Source of the DNA: Bugula neritina
Lineage: Eukaryota; Animalia; Bryozoa
Assembly (NCBI GenBank): GCA_964035545.1
Contig: OZ037772.1
Span: forward strand, 5,212,233-5,276,232
Direction: 5' to 3'
Length of the DNA stretch: 64,000 nucleotides
Positions 1-13,300 of this stretch are shown here, piece after piece. The notes under the pieces were generated by a model. That model saw only the letters and a list, made by a program, of their open reading frames with translations. It did no database searches and was not told the origin of the DNA. How positions within the stretch are numbered: the stretch's first letter is position 1; each line of letters starts with the position of its first letter. The position numbers were made by a program, and so were the translations under genes.

Positions 1-778
1 TTTATTATCTATATTATGTTGATATTATCTATACTATGTGGATATTATCTATATTATGTAGATGTTATCCATGTTATAAAGATGTTAAATTACACTATTG
101 CAATATTAAATATTTTATTATTATATTATATTATACAATTAGTATTATACTATCTTGAACTAAAATAAGCATCACCCCTGTCTGTAAATTAAAATTCAAT
201 TGTTAACAGAACGTTGTGTTATTGCTATTCACTATTGAACTAGATTTGCATAACAATATTTTTACAAGCTTTGCGTCATCATTGTTTAGAAAATTTCTCT
301 AAATGACATTTCCTTTGATAAATAATTTTTTAATTAAATAAAATGTTGTATAATGCACTACACACGTGGTTTTATGTTGGTTTCTCTTGTGCTCATACAC
401 CATAGTGAGTCTAATTCAACATCAATCTGTAAGTCTCATCATATGTAGTATATATAATATATAGCCATGGTAAACCATATTATTTGCCTTTTTAATTTAA
501 CTCTTCAGTTTTTCTGCAATTTACTAAACGGAAATGTATATATTATAGATGTTGCATGTGCACTTTAAATGAGTGGCACACATATTGATAAGCTAGTCCA
601 CTAGTTAAATTGTCACTATATTATACAGCAGTACTACTAAAGATAAAGATGAAAGTAACCTTTTGATTATAGTGATTATAGATTCAGTGAGTATGGATAG
701 TGGGTGGTTTGATTTTGCATCCACAATTCTGAACTGCAGTGTTAGGTATAATATTTATTAACCTCACAGTTTTGTTAT

Positions 779-881
779 TGTAAAATAATTGCCCCTATCG
801 GGATTCGAACCACAGACCTCCGGCTTGCAAGCAGGCGCGCTAACCAATTACGCTACAGGGGCTTCGGGATTCCAACCAACA
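779..881 (-). mobile_element. tRNA-like TG...CA cassette, B-type unit (103 bp)
   Basis: Reverse complement TGTTGG...GCCCCTGTAGCGTAATTGGTTAGCGCGCCTGCTTGCAAGCCGGAGGTCTGTGGTTCGAATCCCGATAGGGGC-AATTATTTTACA has A and B boxes, an acceptor-like stem and TG/CA ends. Flanks GTTAT/GGCAT match only 3 of 5. Confidence 0.7.
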
Positions 882-1868
882 GGCATTGACCTTAAATGCT
901 ATTTTTAATTATTTTCATTTTTGACGAGTTTATTATAGCTTTGGCCAAGTCAAAAACTATGACCATGTTTATTAGTCACATTTGGTTTAGAATTCAAGGT
1001 CTTAGCACACTTATAGGTTTCTATTTTTATGTCAAATAGGCTGTGGTTTTACTTTATATAAGAATCTCACCGCATTATTGTATGAGAGAATTTCTTGTGT
1101 GCATGATATTTGCTGCCTATCTTGCATTAGATGTACTTCCAAAGATGCAAAATGTAATGTTGCGCCTGGTAGTCTTGACGTAATGACTTGGTAACATTTA
1201 CAATTTCCAACTCAATAAAAGCATAATTTGTCTTATCTTATTTTTTTCAAAGTTTTATCTGAGCAAAGTAAATTTTCATTCATGTTCAGCATTTCATTAA
1301 TTCATTGACTCAATAGAGAACGAAAATTTCAAGAATGCAACAGGCATAATCACTGTTTACTATAAATTTTGTAACAATTTGGAAAAGAATATTAATAAAT
1401 AATTATCATCCAATAATCCTGTCCAATAAATTTTCTGTCATATGGGCTGTGATTTTATTCTATTAATAGTAGCTGTCCTCATGCATTAAAGAAAAAGTCC
1501 ATGCAGTATAATGTAAAGTATGAATCTACGCTATGTACTCATTATTCTCTTTTCTTGATATGATATGGTAGTACTGTGATGTTCTTTATGCTTCATTTGC
1601 TATGCTATCAATTACCACAGGTTGTAGGTTGGCTTCATTAGATTTGAGAGTGTACTGGTTTCAAAAAGCGTGTGTATTGTTGACCACTGAAGACATTAGT
1701 GACGTAAACCGTTGGGTTTATATAAAATAGTTTTAAAGTTGGTTTTGGAAAATAGCTGCCCGAGTAAGAGCTGCGCCATGCAAAATACAGAAAAGCATTA
1801 AATGGCTAAATTAGCTATAAAACTTCAATTAAAGTTGTAATGGTGTGTCTTTGCTGTTTATATATTAC

Positions 1869-1973
1869 TGTAGTGTTGAGTTTACCCAGTGGCCTCTGTG
1901 GTGTAATGGTAGCACACTTGCTTGCAAGCCAGAAGACTTGGGTTCGATTCCCAGTGGGGGCAATTATTTTACA
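1869..1973 (+). mobile_element. tRNA-like TG...CA cassette, A-type unit (105 bp), solo-LTR-like
   Basis: Starts TGTAGTG and ends TTTTACA; perfect 5-bp TSD ATTAC (1864-1868 / 1974-1978); internal A box TGGTGTAATGG and B box GGTTCGATTCC. Confidence 0.85.
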
Positions 1974-2422
1974 ATTACTCTATGTAACAAAAGCTTTAGG
2001 TGCTCTTAGAATTTCCCAAAATTTACTCTGCTAAATTCTAGCCAATAATAAATCAAAAAAATAGCAATAAATTTGCATTAAGCAATGGCTAATGATCTAT
2101 GTAGCTATATATAATAGATAAATGACAATCAACGCAATCAACTTTTTCTTTCTTTATGATGTTATAACTATAATATTATAGCTACTGGAGAAATTTTAAT
2201 CTAAATTAAGCTGTTTATACTTTAAAATACTTAATTGAACGAGAATTATTATTTATTGCTTAGAATTTAGATATTGTAACTTACTGGCTGACTTGCTCCT
2301 ATAAATTTGGAATTTTTAGACTCTCAAATTTGAAATTTGGGATGCATAATGAGCTATGGAACTTTATAATACATGTATATATAGATATGAATAACAAAAA
2401 CATATAAGCATATTATTACTAA

Positions 2423-2766
2423 GCCTAGGGCCACACGGTGCGTATTTTCGCATGCAAAAATTGAAATCACAAGTAGCAAAGGTGTCCACTGTAACATCAG
2501 TGGTGCGTGATAAATAAAGCTTTCATTTTTAAATCGCACTCGCTTTCAATAAAATGCAATTTACTGGAATGTAGCACTAAAATAAAGAAATTGGGCTCGC
2601 TGAATAACTAACAGCCAATTAGGTGACGACGACAGAGACGATTCGCACTTGCGTTGAAAGTGCTGAGCGACAAATGCGAATGTTTTCTCAATGCGCACAG
2701 TGAACACCTTTGCCACTTGTGATTTCAATTTTCGCATGCAAAAATACGCACCGTGTGGCCCTAGGC
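2423..2766. mobile_element. PIF/Harbinger (Tourist-like) MITE, 344 bp
   Basis: ~70-bp TIRs beginning GCCTAGGGCCACACGGTGCG; TAA on both sides; four copies in the window. Confidence 0.85.
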
Positions 2767-3869
2767 TAATGTAATTACATCCTGGATTTTTAGTAGCTAA
2801 AATATACTCATAAAATCGGATCTATATTTACCACTGTTTATATTTTATAATACTCAAGAGGAGAACTTTCATAGCTTAAAATAGTGTAACTTACTGGCTG
2901 AACATAAGTTGGTCGTGATGCTTCTGAAATTTTTTCGAAACGTTCTATTGGCAACTCTGAGTTGGGTGTGAATGAGTGCAGCAGTTTAAGTGTCTCACAT
3001 TTGGAGTTGAGGAAGTAAGTTCAGAACTCTTATTTACTACACTGAATAACCCCCAACTGGGAGCTGCTTATATGAATTTGAGAACTTCAAATCAGCATAA
3101 CCAGGGATCCAACCAAATAGCTATCCAACTGTGCAAATGAGCTAATCAAGCCCCTCCCGCCAACCAACACAGATTGGTTCCTAGTATAGTACTAGTATAG
3201 CTTTATGTGTGTATATTATCTTCTATCTTTCAGACACATCATTATAAGTATATGGTGTACTTTATTTAGGCATGCTTCTTTATACCGCGTCAAATTCTGA
3301 ATTATTTGTTGATGAGTTTCAATGAAACCTAAACATTAACTTTGAAAGCCAAAATAGGCCAAGAAGCTGGTAAATTGTACTATATGGCTTCAAAATAGTA
3401 TAATTTAGGAGGTAAATACTTGCATTTGACCTAAAAGCTATACACTGCGTTTCCATTACTCCAAATTACGAGGATGAATGCTAGCTCCACATTGAATATG
3501 TAGTTGGAATTTACATTCTTATGGCTGGGGTTTTATTCATGCAACTGTTCCCTAACAGCGATTAAAAACTCCATTTGCTTAATGGAAGCTTGGAAACGCA
3601 GCGATAAAGTACTATTTGCAGCTTCATAATAGTAGCATGCATGTTTAGATAAAAAGCAATGGAACTTGGCTTATGGTACATCAACCTGGAGTAGTAAGGG
3701 ATCCGGGGATGTGGGAGCTGTAGATGGTGACTTGCTTACCGCTAGCAGGATTGGACCTGACTCCAAGTCCAGGAGGTGGTGGGGAATATCACTTGGAGAG
3801 AGGGCCTTTGTCTACAGAGTTAAAATATTTGTCTCGGAACAAAGTTTGTATTCTTAGCCCTCTCTCTCT

Positions 3870-4043
<174 letters not shown>

Positions 4044-4349
4044 CAAGTTTTTTTGAGTGATTTGCATCTATATATACATTTCAATTGTATGTTTGATCAG
4101 GAAGCAACTTTATAATAATAACATAAAACTAAATTGTTCTGCCAGAACAAATGATGAAGATTGGATACAGTTTGAGCTTTTCTATCCTCTATCTTTTAGA
4201 TCATATGCTTTCAGAGCTTTTACACTACTCTCTTGGTAACATAATAGCATGTTTCAGAATATAGTAATTAGAATATAAAACTGGTTTTCAACAGTCAAAT
4301 CAATTTAACAAGTTCAGTATGTTACCATGATGTGCGATTTGATTTCCAG

Positions 4350-7300
4350 CTGACGTTTTCAATGGCATAGAACTGTCCTTTGGTTTGAGCATCTTCGTCG
4401 TGTTCGCTGATGCCTACGCCACATTCACTTACAAATTTGAAGACGAGGAAACAAAGGAAATGTCAGTCACCACCACTCCTCATGACTGCAGAGCTATCGC
4501 CATAAGATTTACATCTTCCACTAACCCAGACCTAACTGAAGTAATAGTTGAGGGAATAGGTATGTCTATTGTATAGTGTTTAGTTTACCTAGTACGGCCC
4601 TGTGGTGTAATGGATCTCGGCCCTGTGGTGTACTGAATCTTGAGCAGGTTCACAAGCCAGGAGTCTAGCGACTACAACCCACTTAAATGGAAAAGTGCTG
4701 GTGTTTTGGTGAACCACATTGTTATTTAACGTTATTCGACTTGCTGTCTTGAAGTCATTTGCTCTTAATCATTTTGCAGCTTATATTTTCTTATACTTTT
4801 TGAAAAACACAGCCAGTTCCCCTTCAACAGATTTGATAACAAAGAAAACCCCTATAGTCATTAAAAGTGGGACCAATTGTTGATAATCAAAGAGCATTCA
4901 AGCCATTTTTCTCACTTTTTGTTTGAAACGGAGGACAAAGCCTATAGCTACTTAAGCATTAGTTAGCAAATATAAGAACAGCAAAAATAAGGATGCGACG
5001 ATGAAGCTATGCTCAGTCAGTTTGCAAAACACTTTTACTGTTTAGTAATACCTGTAGTTTGAACATCGCATTATAATAAGGTCTATGCCATCAGATATTC
5101 TGCCTTTAAGACTACCAATTATCACATCTTGCAGTACCAAGATTTAGCCATGACTTTGGATATGGAAGACATCTGGAGCAGTTTACCAGTGGTTCGTCGG
5201 CCTGGTGGATCTTGAAATTGGGAAAAACTTGCTTTTTTGAAAGTTATGCAGCTTTGTTCAAACGTAAGTGTTGCTTTTGCAAGGAAATATATCTTTTGTT
5301 TACTGAGAGTTTATAGGCCTAAATAAAGACGACAAATTATAAACTGAGAGATTGCTTAAAATGTAAATAAAATTGAGATTACTCAGCTCAAATCTATTCC
5401 ACAACCCTCTATATATTACTGCTACTGCTGCTGCAACTGCTGCGCTGCTACCTCTGCACTGCTACTGCTGCTGCTACTGCTGCTGCCGCCGCTGCTGCTG
5501 CAGCTAGCGCTACTTTACCTACCAGTCTGTTCTCTCTATATCCCTGAACACTTAAAATATATTATTACTAAGTTTATCGTTGTCGTATATATGTTTTGCA
5601 TTTGCAAAGTTTTAATTTTTTTCGCTTCTTCTAATCGCTGGTATAAAATAAATATGACAATTTTAAACCTTTACACGAGAGCTGCACTAATTTTATACTC
5701 GCATTGCACAACCAACTATTGCCAAAAGATTTTGAGCTTGAATTAACTAATCTAAACCTGCTTCACTATGATATGACAAACAACTGCACTGAAAACATGA
5801 TGTTGCTTCTTACTTAACGAAGAAGTAAATATCTTGCTCGTTATAAAATGTTTTATTGTTATTTTGAGTTCAGCTGTAAGTGGTGAAGCCAACTTCAGAT
5901 ATAGCATCTTGAGTTCACGGAATTCAACCTCTCAACACACTGCGAGCTGGGCGACGTGCTTCAGTAACCTAGACAGCATTAGTAATATATACGTACCAAC
6001 TTCGAAACTGATATTCAATGTTTGTCTCCAGAGATTGCCAACCAATTTACTGAACATTACAATAACCACCCTAAATCTCTACACTGAATATATTGCTATT
6101 TATGGATCAGGTGGGAACATGCATTGTATTCAATACATAAAAGTTTAGTCTTTTATAGAGAGTCATGAATATGACCCCATTAATATTTTACTGGATATAT
6201 GTAATCAATAACCTAATACTGGATTATACATGATAATATAAGTTAAAGAGTTGGTTTAATAGAGCAAAATGCAAAAATTTATGTTTTAGATAAAAGCAAA
6301 CTAACATTACAGTGATAGTTATGTGAATAGCTACAAAATCTAGCGTGTTTTAAGCATATTATAATAACAATAATTGTTTATGTCATTAGAAATACAGTAG
6401 CAAGTTTGGTTTTAACATGTCGATAACTTCAATTTCACATCATGTTTCCATTCATAGGATTTCAATTCTACAATTATTTACATTCATAAAAGCAGCAATG
6501 CAAATCGGAAAAAACAGTTACCGAAATCCTTTTTCTACTAATATGGATATTATGAATATTTGTGTAATATTTGTAGGATTACAAAAAGAAAAATTATTAA
6601 ACTTGAAAGCATAAAAACAGTTTTGTTTAATGTTGATTAACATTGCAATTTTAAATCATTCAACAAATTTTGCAGTGGCGGAAAACTGGGCAGCAAATCA
6701 GTCGTACTTTCTCTCTGAAGACGAATGTCCTTCAGGACAGGAGTTTTGTCACAACCCGGTAGACGGCCTTTACACAGGACCTCCTTCACCAACACTGGGC
6801 TACCATTGGCTGAACGTTGCTCTACCATTAATATATATTACAGAGCTGCTCATATACACAGGTTCTTATGCTCATTGTGATCAGAGCTCATCTCTCTGCA
6901 GCTTAGGTGAGTTGGTATGCTCTGCTTTGTCTGAAATTTGAAACCAATTCTTATTTTGAAGTGACCACCATTTAGGAGATAGGCAAATCTATTATTGAAA
7001 ACAATTATTATTAGCTAGAAGCTAATGTAGCTAAAAGATTGAACTAATCATTCTACGGTAGACAGTTATTGAATGAAGAACTTAAAATATTGCTGTTGAC
7101 TGAAATTTTCTTTGAGCCGGTTCATGAAAGTTGTGTTATTGCTCTGTTTTGTAAGTAATATGGCAAATGATTGATTTTTATTATGTTTTGTTTCTTGCAA
7201 GCATTAAGCTGTATTGAAGTAGCCATTAGGTTTGCTTCCTTCTTGTGAATAGCGTCAAGTCTTTCAATCTGTAGATTACGGTTTACTACCAGAAGAAGAT

Positions 7301-10300
7301 CTACAGAAAGATGCTTTTATTTACTCTAAGTACTATAATAGTTCTTGGTTGCTGTGTACCTCAAGAGGTCACATGGCAGAGGTTATGGTGCACATAACGT
7401 GTGATAATGACAGCATACCTCTCGCAGACGAACTTTTCATTCTCTCATGGTTCAACATTTCAGTACTAGAGCTGGAAGTTTACGGCATTGGTGAGTTCTT
7501 AAATATTTGATCACTTTTAGTATCATGTTAGCATTGTAATACTCACACTCGGTTGTGAAGAAAGAGAAAGTAAGTAAGGTGAATATTATTGATATGTAAA
7601 AATGTTTGCCCTCACGAGTAATTCAATCTCAGGTGTGAAATAATTTCCCCCACCGGGATTCGAACCACAGACCTCCAGCTTGCAAGCAGGCGCGCTAACC
7701 AATTACACTACAGGAGCTTCAGTCTTCCAAACAACATCCCACCCAGTTCTTTAGAACTGCGTTTGTCCCCACGTACTCTGTCAGCTTTTTGGGCTCCACT
7801 CGCCACTCAACTTTCTGAGAGTACTTCCATAAGACATAGCTTATAAAACAATTGCCCCTACTGGAAATCGAACCTGAGACCTCCGGCTTGCGAGCAAGTG
7901 TGCTAACCATTACACCACGGGGACCACTAAGTGAACTCATCACTACATCAGGCATGCAAACCAGCATGCTAGCTTTTGCAGTATTATAGGGGCTACTAGG
8001 GAATTCCGGCACAGTAGTTTATTCAATTCATTAGAACTCCACTGACCTTGATAATTTCTTGAGCATCGCCAGCTCCTAAAACTTCTAGGACTATTACTAT
8101 ACGCCACTGCGGCTGAAATGGCATGAAGAGCTTGTGCCTCCCCCCTCCATTGGAAATTAGACCATAATATGTCCTTTAACCTTTAAGATAGGGTGCTAAC
8201 TATCATACTATAGAGACTACCACTACACCACACAGCTGTTGCTTTATTGGAATTTGTTATTGCTGCTCCGCAAAAATAATTATTCGCTGACAGTACCAAT
8301 CAACATTTAATGTACATAAAACTATTAGCCACAATGTAATATGCATTATAATACAAACATAAGCATTTGCTGTTTTAAGAATTAATAAACATTCCAAATA
8401 GATTTATATAAAAACCCTTGTGAACAGTTTTAATTTGAAATACTCAACATGGCAATTTTTAAGAAACTTTTACAAAAGTATACATCTTTTGGTTTACAGA
8501 TTAATGATCTGCCTAGTGGGTGTTAGATGACAAAACATTCAACTGTTCAAATTGAAAACTACTTATTATAAATCTGTTATGTTTTTCTCATCAACCTTTT
8601 AGTCTTCAGTTTTACCATTTTCTTGACAGAGTTTAAAGAGGAAGTTGTCATCACCGGCTACGAAGTGAGCTCTGTCGCCATGAATGAGATGCTAGACAGA
8701 ATTCTCAATCGGGAGTATACCCAGGCTAACAACTTGGGTCCTACCAAGCAACCAGACACATCTGCACCTATTCCTAGCATGCTAGACCCGTATATATTAC
8801 TTGAACTGTTGTGTGACGAGAAAATTGAACTTTTAACCATACAGACAAAAGACTCTGATTATGGTAAAACTGAAAAGTATCTCTTTTCTAGTAATTCTTA
8901 CAACATAATTATGTAAATACTAGTTGCCAGCTTTGTTTAAAGATCTGCTCACTATAATATATATTTGCAGATGAACTAAATGGGTTATATTTGGCTGGCT
9001 CAAATAATTACTCAGATGTAAAAAGCTACCAGGTCTTTTATGTTCAAGAAAATTTCTGGTCAAATTACACCATCATTATGCTACCAAATCCAGTTAAATA
9101 CTCCTTTTTAAGACTGTATTTGAAAGGAGATCGACGCCTAGAAATATTAAACATACGTGTATTCCAAGAGACGGGTACAGTATAACAACTATTTATTTTT
9201 AGAGGCGTTTATTTATACTAAATAGGGAGCAGCCATGGTCTAGGGAGTTAAAGCGTTTGCTTTGTGAACACGAAGTCATGGGTTCGAACCCCGCCAAAGG
9301 CCATTGGTGATGTTAGGAAGAGCATCCAGTCATAATTGCTCCGGTGCCTTATTTGAACAAGTCCTTAGCCCGTTCTAATAAAAACTCTTTCCAACAGGGG
9401 TTTCTCACAAGGATAGCGACTATAAACTTGCGTGAGTTTATTTATACTAAATGTCTCGCAAAAATAATAATACAATAATGCAAATTGTAACTGCTATTGA
9501 AAGCATAACTTTGTTCATTGATAAAATTTGCAAGTGATTATTGTAGAGCAAAATAAATTTTACGTGATACTTATTGTTCTCTTGCTTTGTGGAAAATAAT
9601 GGTCCCCCCCCTGGGATTCTAACCCGAGACCTCTGGCTTGCAAGCAAGTATGCAAACCATTACACCACAGGGATCACTGGGTAAACTCATCACTACACTT
9701 TGAAACATAATTTTATGCCTGATTTAGAATAATGGCAAGCAACACATGTCCTTTTCTTTTTTAGGTAAATTTAGACAAACCACAGCTAAAACACTACTAG
9801 AGGCTGCAAGCACAACCTATACTGATCAAACCACTGAAAAAACAGATCAAACAGCTACAACATCGTCAAATCAGTTGACTAACTCAACTAATGAGACATT
9901 TGTTTCAACAGAGACTATAGCTAATACAGGATCTCAGCAGAACAGCACAGAACAGATTAGTTTTACTGAAACTGTTAGAGTGACACCAGAGTTCACAGAG
10001 GCAAAACATTCAACAACAAAACCACCAACAACAACTAACTCTTTCACCTCTACTATTTCTGGAGCTATCGAAGTGACACGAGAACCATTTTTAAAAAGTA
10101 AAACAAGTTATTGGAATCAAGCAGATAGAAGTACAGCTTTTGATGCTTCTACCAGATCTAGCACGTCAAAAGAGACTCCCATTGAAAAATTTACTTCTCC
10201 AGAAAATGTATCAACTTACCAGGATTTAGCGCTCTCAACAGCTTTAAACTCCACAACAAATTCAAAAGATTTGATCACCAACCAACCGACAACCACTGAG

Positions 10301-13300
10301 TTTTTTACCTCTTATAACTCTGGATGGACCGAAGCGACACCAGGGCCATCAACAACTTTGTTTAATTTGACAGAAAGAAGCACTGAAGTAAATGTGTCTA
10401 CTAAAACTGATACTTCAACGACAGATGGTGAAGAAATCACATCTACTAAAAGCTTGTCAACTCACCAAGATCTTAGATCTTCAACAATGATAAACAAATT
10501 GACTAATAAATGGACCTTAAGCACAAATCAACTCACAACGACTGATTCTTTAATTACTTCTAATTTTGAATCTACTAAAACAACAAAAGAACCATCAACA
10601 ATTTTGTGGAATGAACAAGGAGTGAGTGTGTCTCCTGAAACTGATACCTCAACTACAGATGGTGAAAAACTCACATCTACGAGAAGCTTGTCAACTCACC
10701 AAGATCTTAAATCTTCAACAATGATAAACAAATTGACTGATGAATGGACTTTAAGCACAAACCAGCTCACAACGACTGATTCGTTTATTACTTCTAATTC
10801 TGAATTTACTAAAACAACAACAGAATCATCAACAACTTTGTGGAATGAACAAGGAGTGAGTGTGTCTACTAAAACTGATACCTCAACTACAGATGGTGAA
10901 AAAATCACATCTACGAGAAGCTTGTCAACTCAGCAAGATCTAGGATTTTCAACAGCAATAAACAAATTGACTGATGAATGGACTTTGAACACAAACCAAT
11001 TCACAACAAATGATTCTCTCCCTTCTTCTAATTTCGGCTCTTTTAAAACAACCTTAGAATTATTATCAACTTTTAAGAATCGAGCAACAAGAAGCACTGG
11101 ACTTGATGTTTCTACTAAACTAAGTACTGTAAAAGAGACTTCAGTTAAAGATGATGAAAAACTCACATCCATGAAAAGCTTGTCTACTGAGCAAGATCAT
11201 AGATCCTCAACAACAACAAACACATTAACTAGTGAATGGAATTTAAATACAAACCAACTTACAACAACCGATTCCTTTACTTTTTTTAGTTCTGAATCTA
11301 CAACATCAGAACCATCAACAACTTCTTGGCATCAAACAAAAGAAAACACTGAATTTGGTGTTTTTACTAAGACTGATGCTGTAAAAGAAACTTCAATCAC
11401 AGATGGTGAAGACATAACTTCTACAGAAAATTTGTCAACTCAGCAAGCTGTAACATCTTCAACAATATTAAACACAGAAACTGATGCAAGATCGTTAAGC
11501 ACAAACCAACTCACCACAACCAATTCTCTTATTTCTTCCAGAATTACCAGAACAACTTCAAATTTGGCATCAAAAGGTTTATCAAGCTTTTGGAATCTTA
11601 CAGCTAAGAGCACTGGTTTTGACCTTTCTCACACTCCTTATAGTTCTGAGCAGGATAATATGCAAACAAGTACATCACCTAGAACGCTGCTATTTGCCAC
11701 AAGTAACATTGGTTCTTCTGCTCACAGCAAAACTCGGCCAACTGCTGACATAAAGTCAACCACTTCATTTATACAGACAAAAATTAAAAGCTCTTTAACT
11801 TCTAGTAGTTTAAAGTCTGATTACTCTACGTCTTCAACAGAATTAAGCCAACCAACCTATGTTTCTAGCACCAATATTGACACATCACCCTTTAAGCGTT
11901 CTTCATCAATCATGACTCTTGAAGAAGGTCTTTCTAGCTCTACTGAAAGGATAGAAACAACAGCTTATGATTATGTAAAATCAACCACTAACAATCTTAT
12001 AACTGCACCTAGCACCAAAAACCTTGCTACTTCAGATGACCTTTCTATACCCTCTTCAAGTAACTCAGTAATAAGAGAACTATTTACAGATACTTCCGTG
12101 GAAACGCACACCACGACACAATTATCGTCACAAAATTCAGAAGAGACATCTTCACCTACAACAAGCTTGATAACAAACACACTACAAGAATCAACAACAG
12201 TTGGTGCTAATACCACACCAAGCATTCACCTCGACAACTCTAAAACCACAATGTCTGGTCAACTAACTTCTACGAAGAAGGGGTCAATGTCTACTAAAAT
12301 CAAGTCTTGGCTGGCCAAGTCTTCTCCATTGTATTCAACTTTTAGCTCTACAGCTCAAGGCGCAACATCGACTCAGACATCATCCAGCAAAACGTATTCC
12401 AGTTTTCATAACACTATTACCACGAGCGCTAAAAACAAAAGTTCTTATAGCAGTTCATTGTCGACAAAAAATCTGTTTTCAAGCACCACTTCCAAACATT
12501 CTCTCACTACTGAAAACCTGAGTAAAAATAGCACAGCTGTTCAGATTATTAGCACCTGGAAACAATCCTCAACCACGCCGTGTTCAGATAATAACTGCAA
12601 TAGCACTGCTTCCACTGAACCACCAAACACACTAGACTATAAAAGCTCTTTCATGTCTACTCACCAAACAGCTATAGTACTGAAACGGGATTTTAATTTC
12701 CATGATGATGCCCTTTTTTTAAGTAAGGAGAAACTTACGTTAGAAGATGGAATCAACACACTGTGTAGGTGTGCTTAACTAATTATATTTATTTCTTTCA
12801 AACTCCATAAACTGCAATTATTTCTAGAATTAAACATTAGAATGTAGTTCAGGTTAATCTTATTAAAGTTTCAGTGTATATTACCTCTAGAAAACTTTGT
12901 AAATCTTTTCTATTTTCTTGCTTAACACTTCAGGACTTTTGTTTTTAAAGAAAATATTTTAAAGGTTCCGTAAATTATTGGTTGAGTTTTAAAGGTTTTC
13001 TTTAGAAACCTTAAAACTTCATCGGTAGGAAAATTGAATATCTATTTGTTCCAATGTTGATTAAGTGGTTATTTGGCATTTATATTATAGTTGACCATGC
13101 CGTGTGTTCGTTCCACCAACAATACAACACAGAGAACGGCACCTGCGACTGCCAGTCAGGCTATTATGGGGAGGACTGCTTATTACTAAGAGATCCGTGT
13201 GGGGTTGTCCCTACATGTCTCAATGGCGGAATGTGCTTGGAAAACAAATGCTTTTGTTTGCAAGGTTTTAGTGGTGTTGATTGCGGCGTGACAGGTTAGT

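Noticed and set aside
791-862. Functional tRNA-Ala/Cys genes (also at ~1891, 7647, 7854, 9601)
   Set aside because: 6-nt anticodon loop, stem mismatches, copy-to-copy divergence and flanking TSDs indicate mobile tRNA-derived sequence.
10696-12225. Antisense Val-rich ORFs over the mucin exon, and + strand ORFs over PRRC2 exons
   Set aside because: Shadow frames of biased coding sequence.
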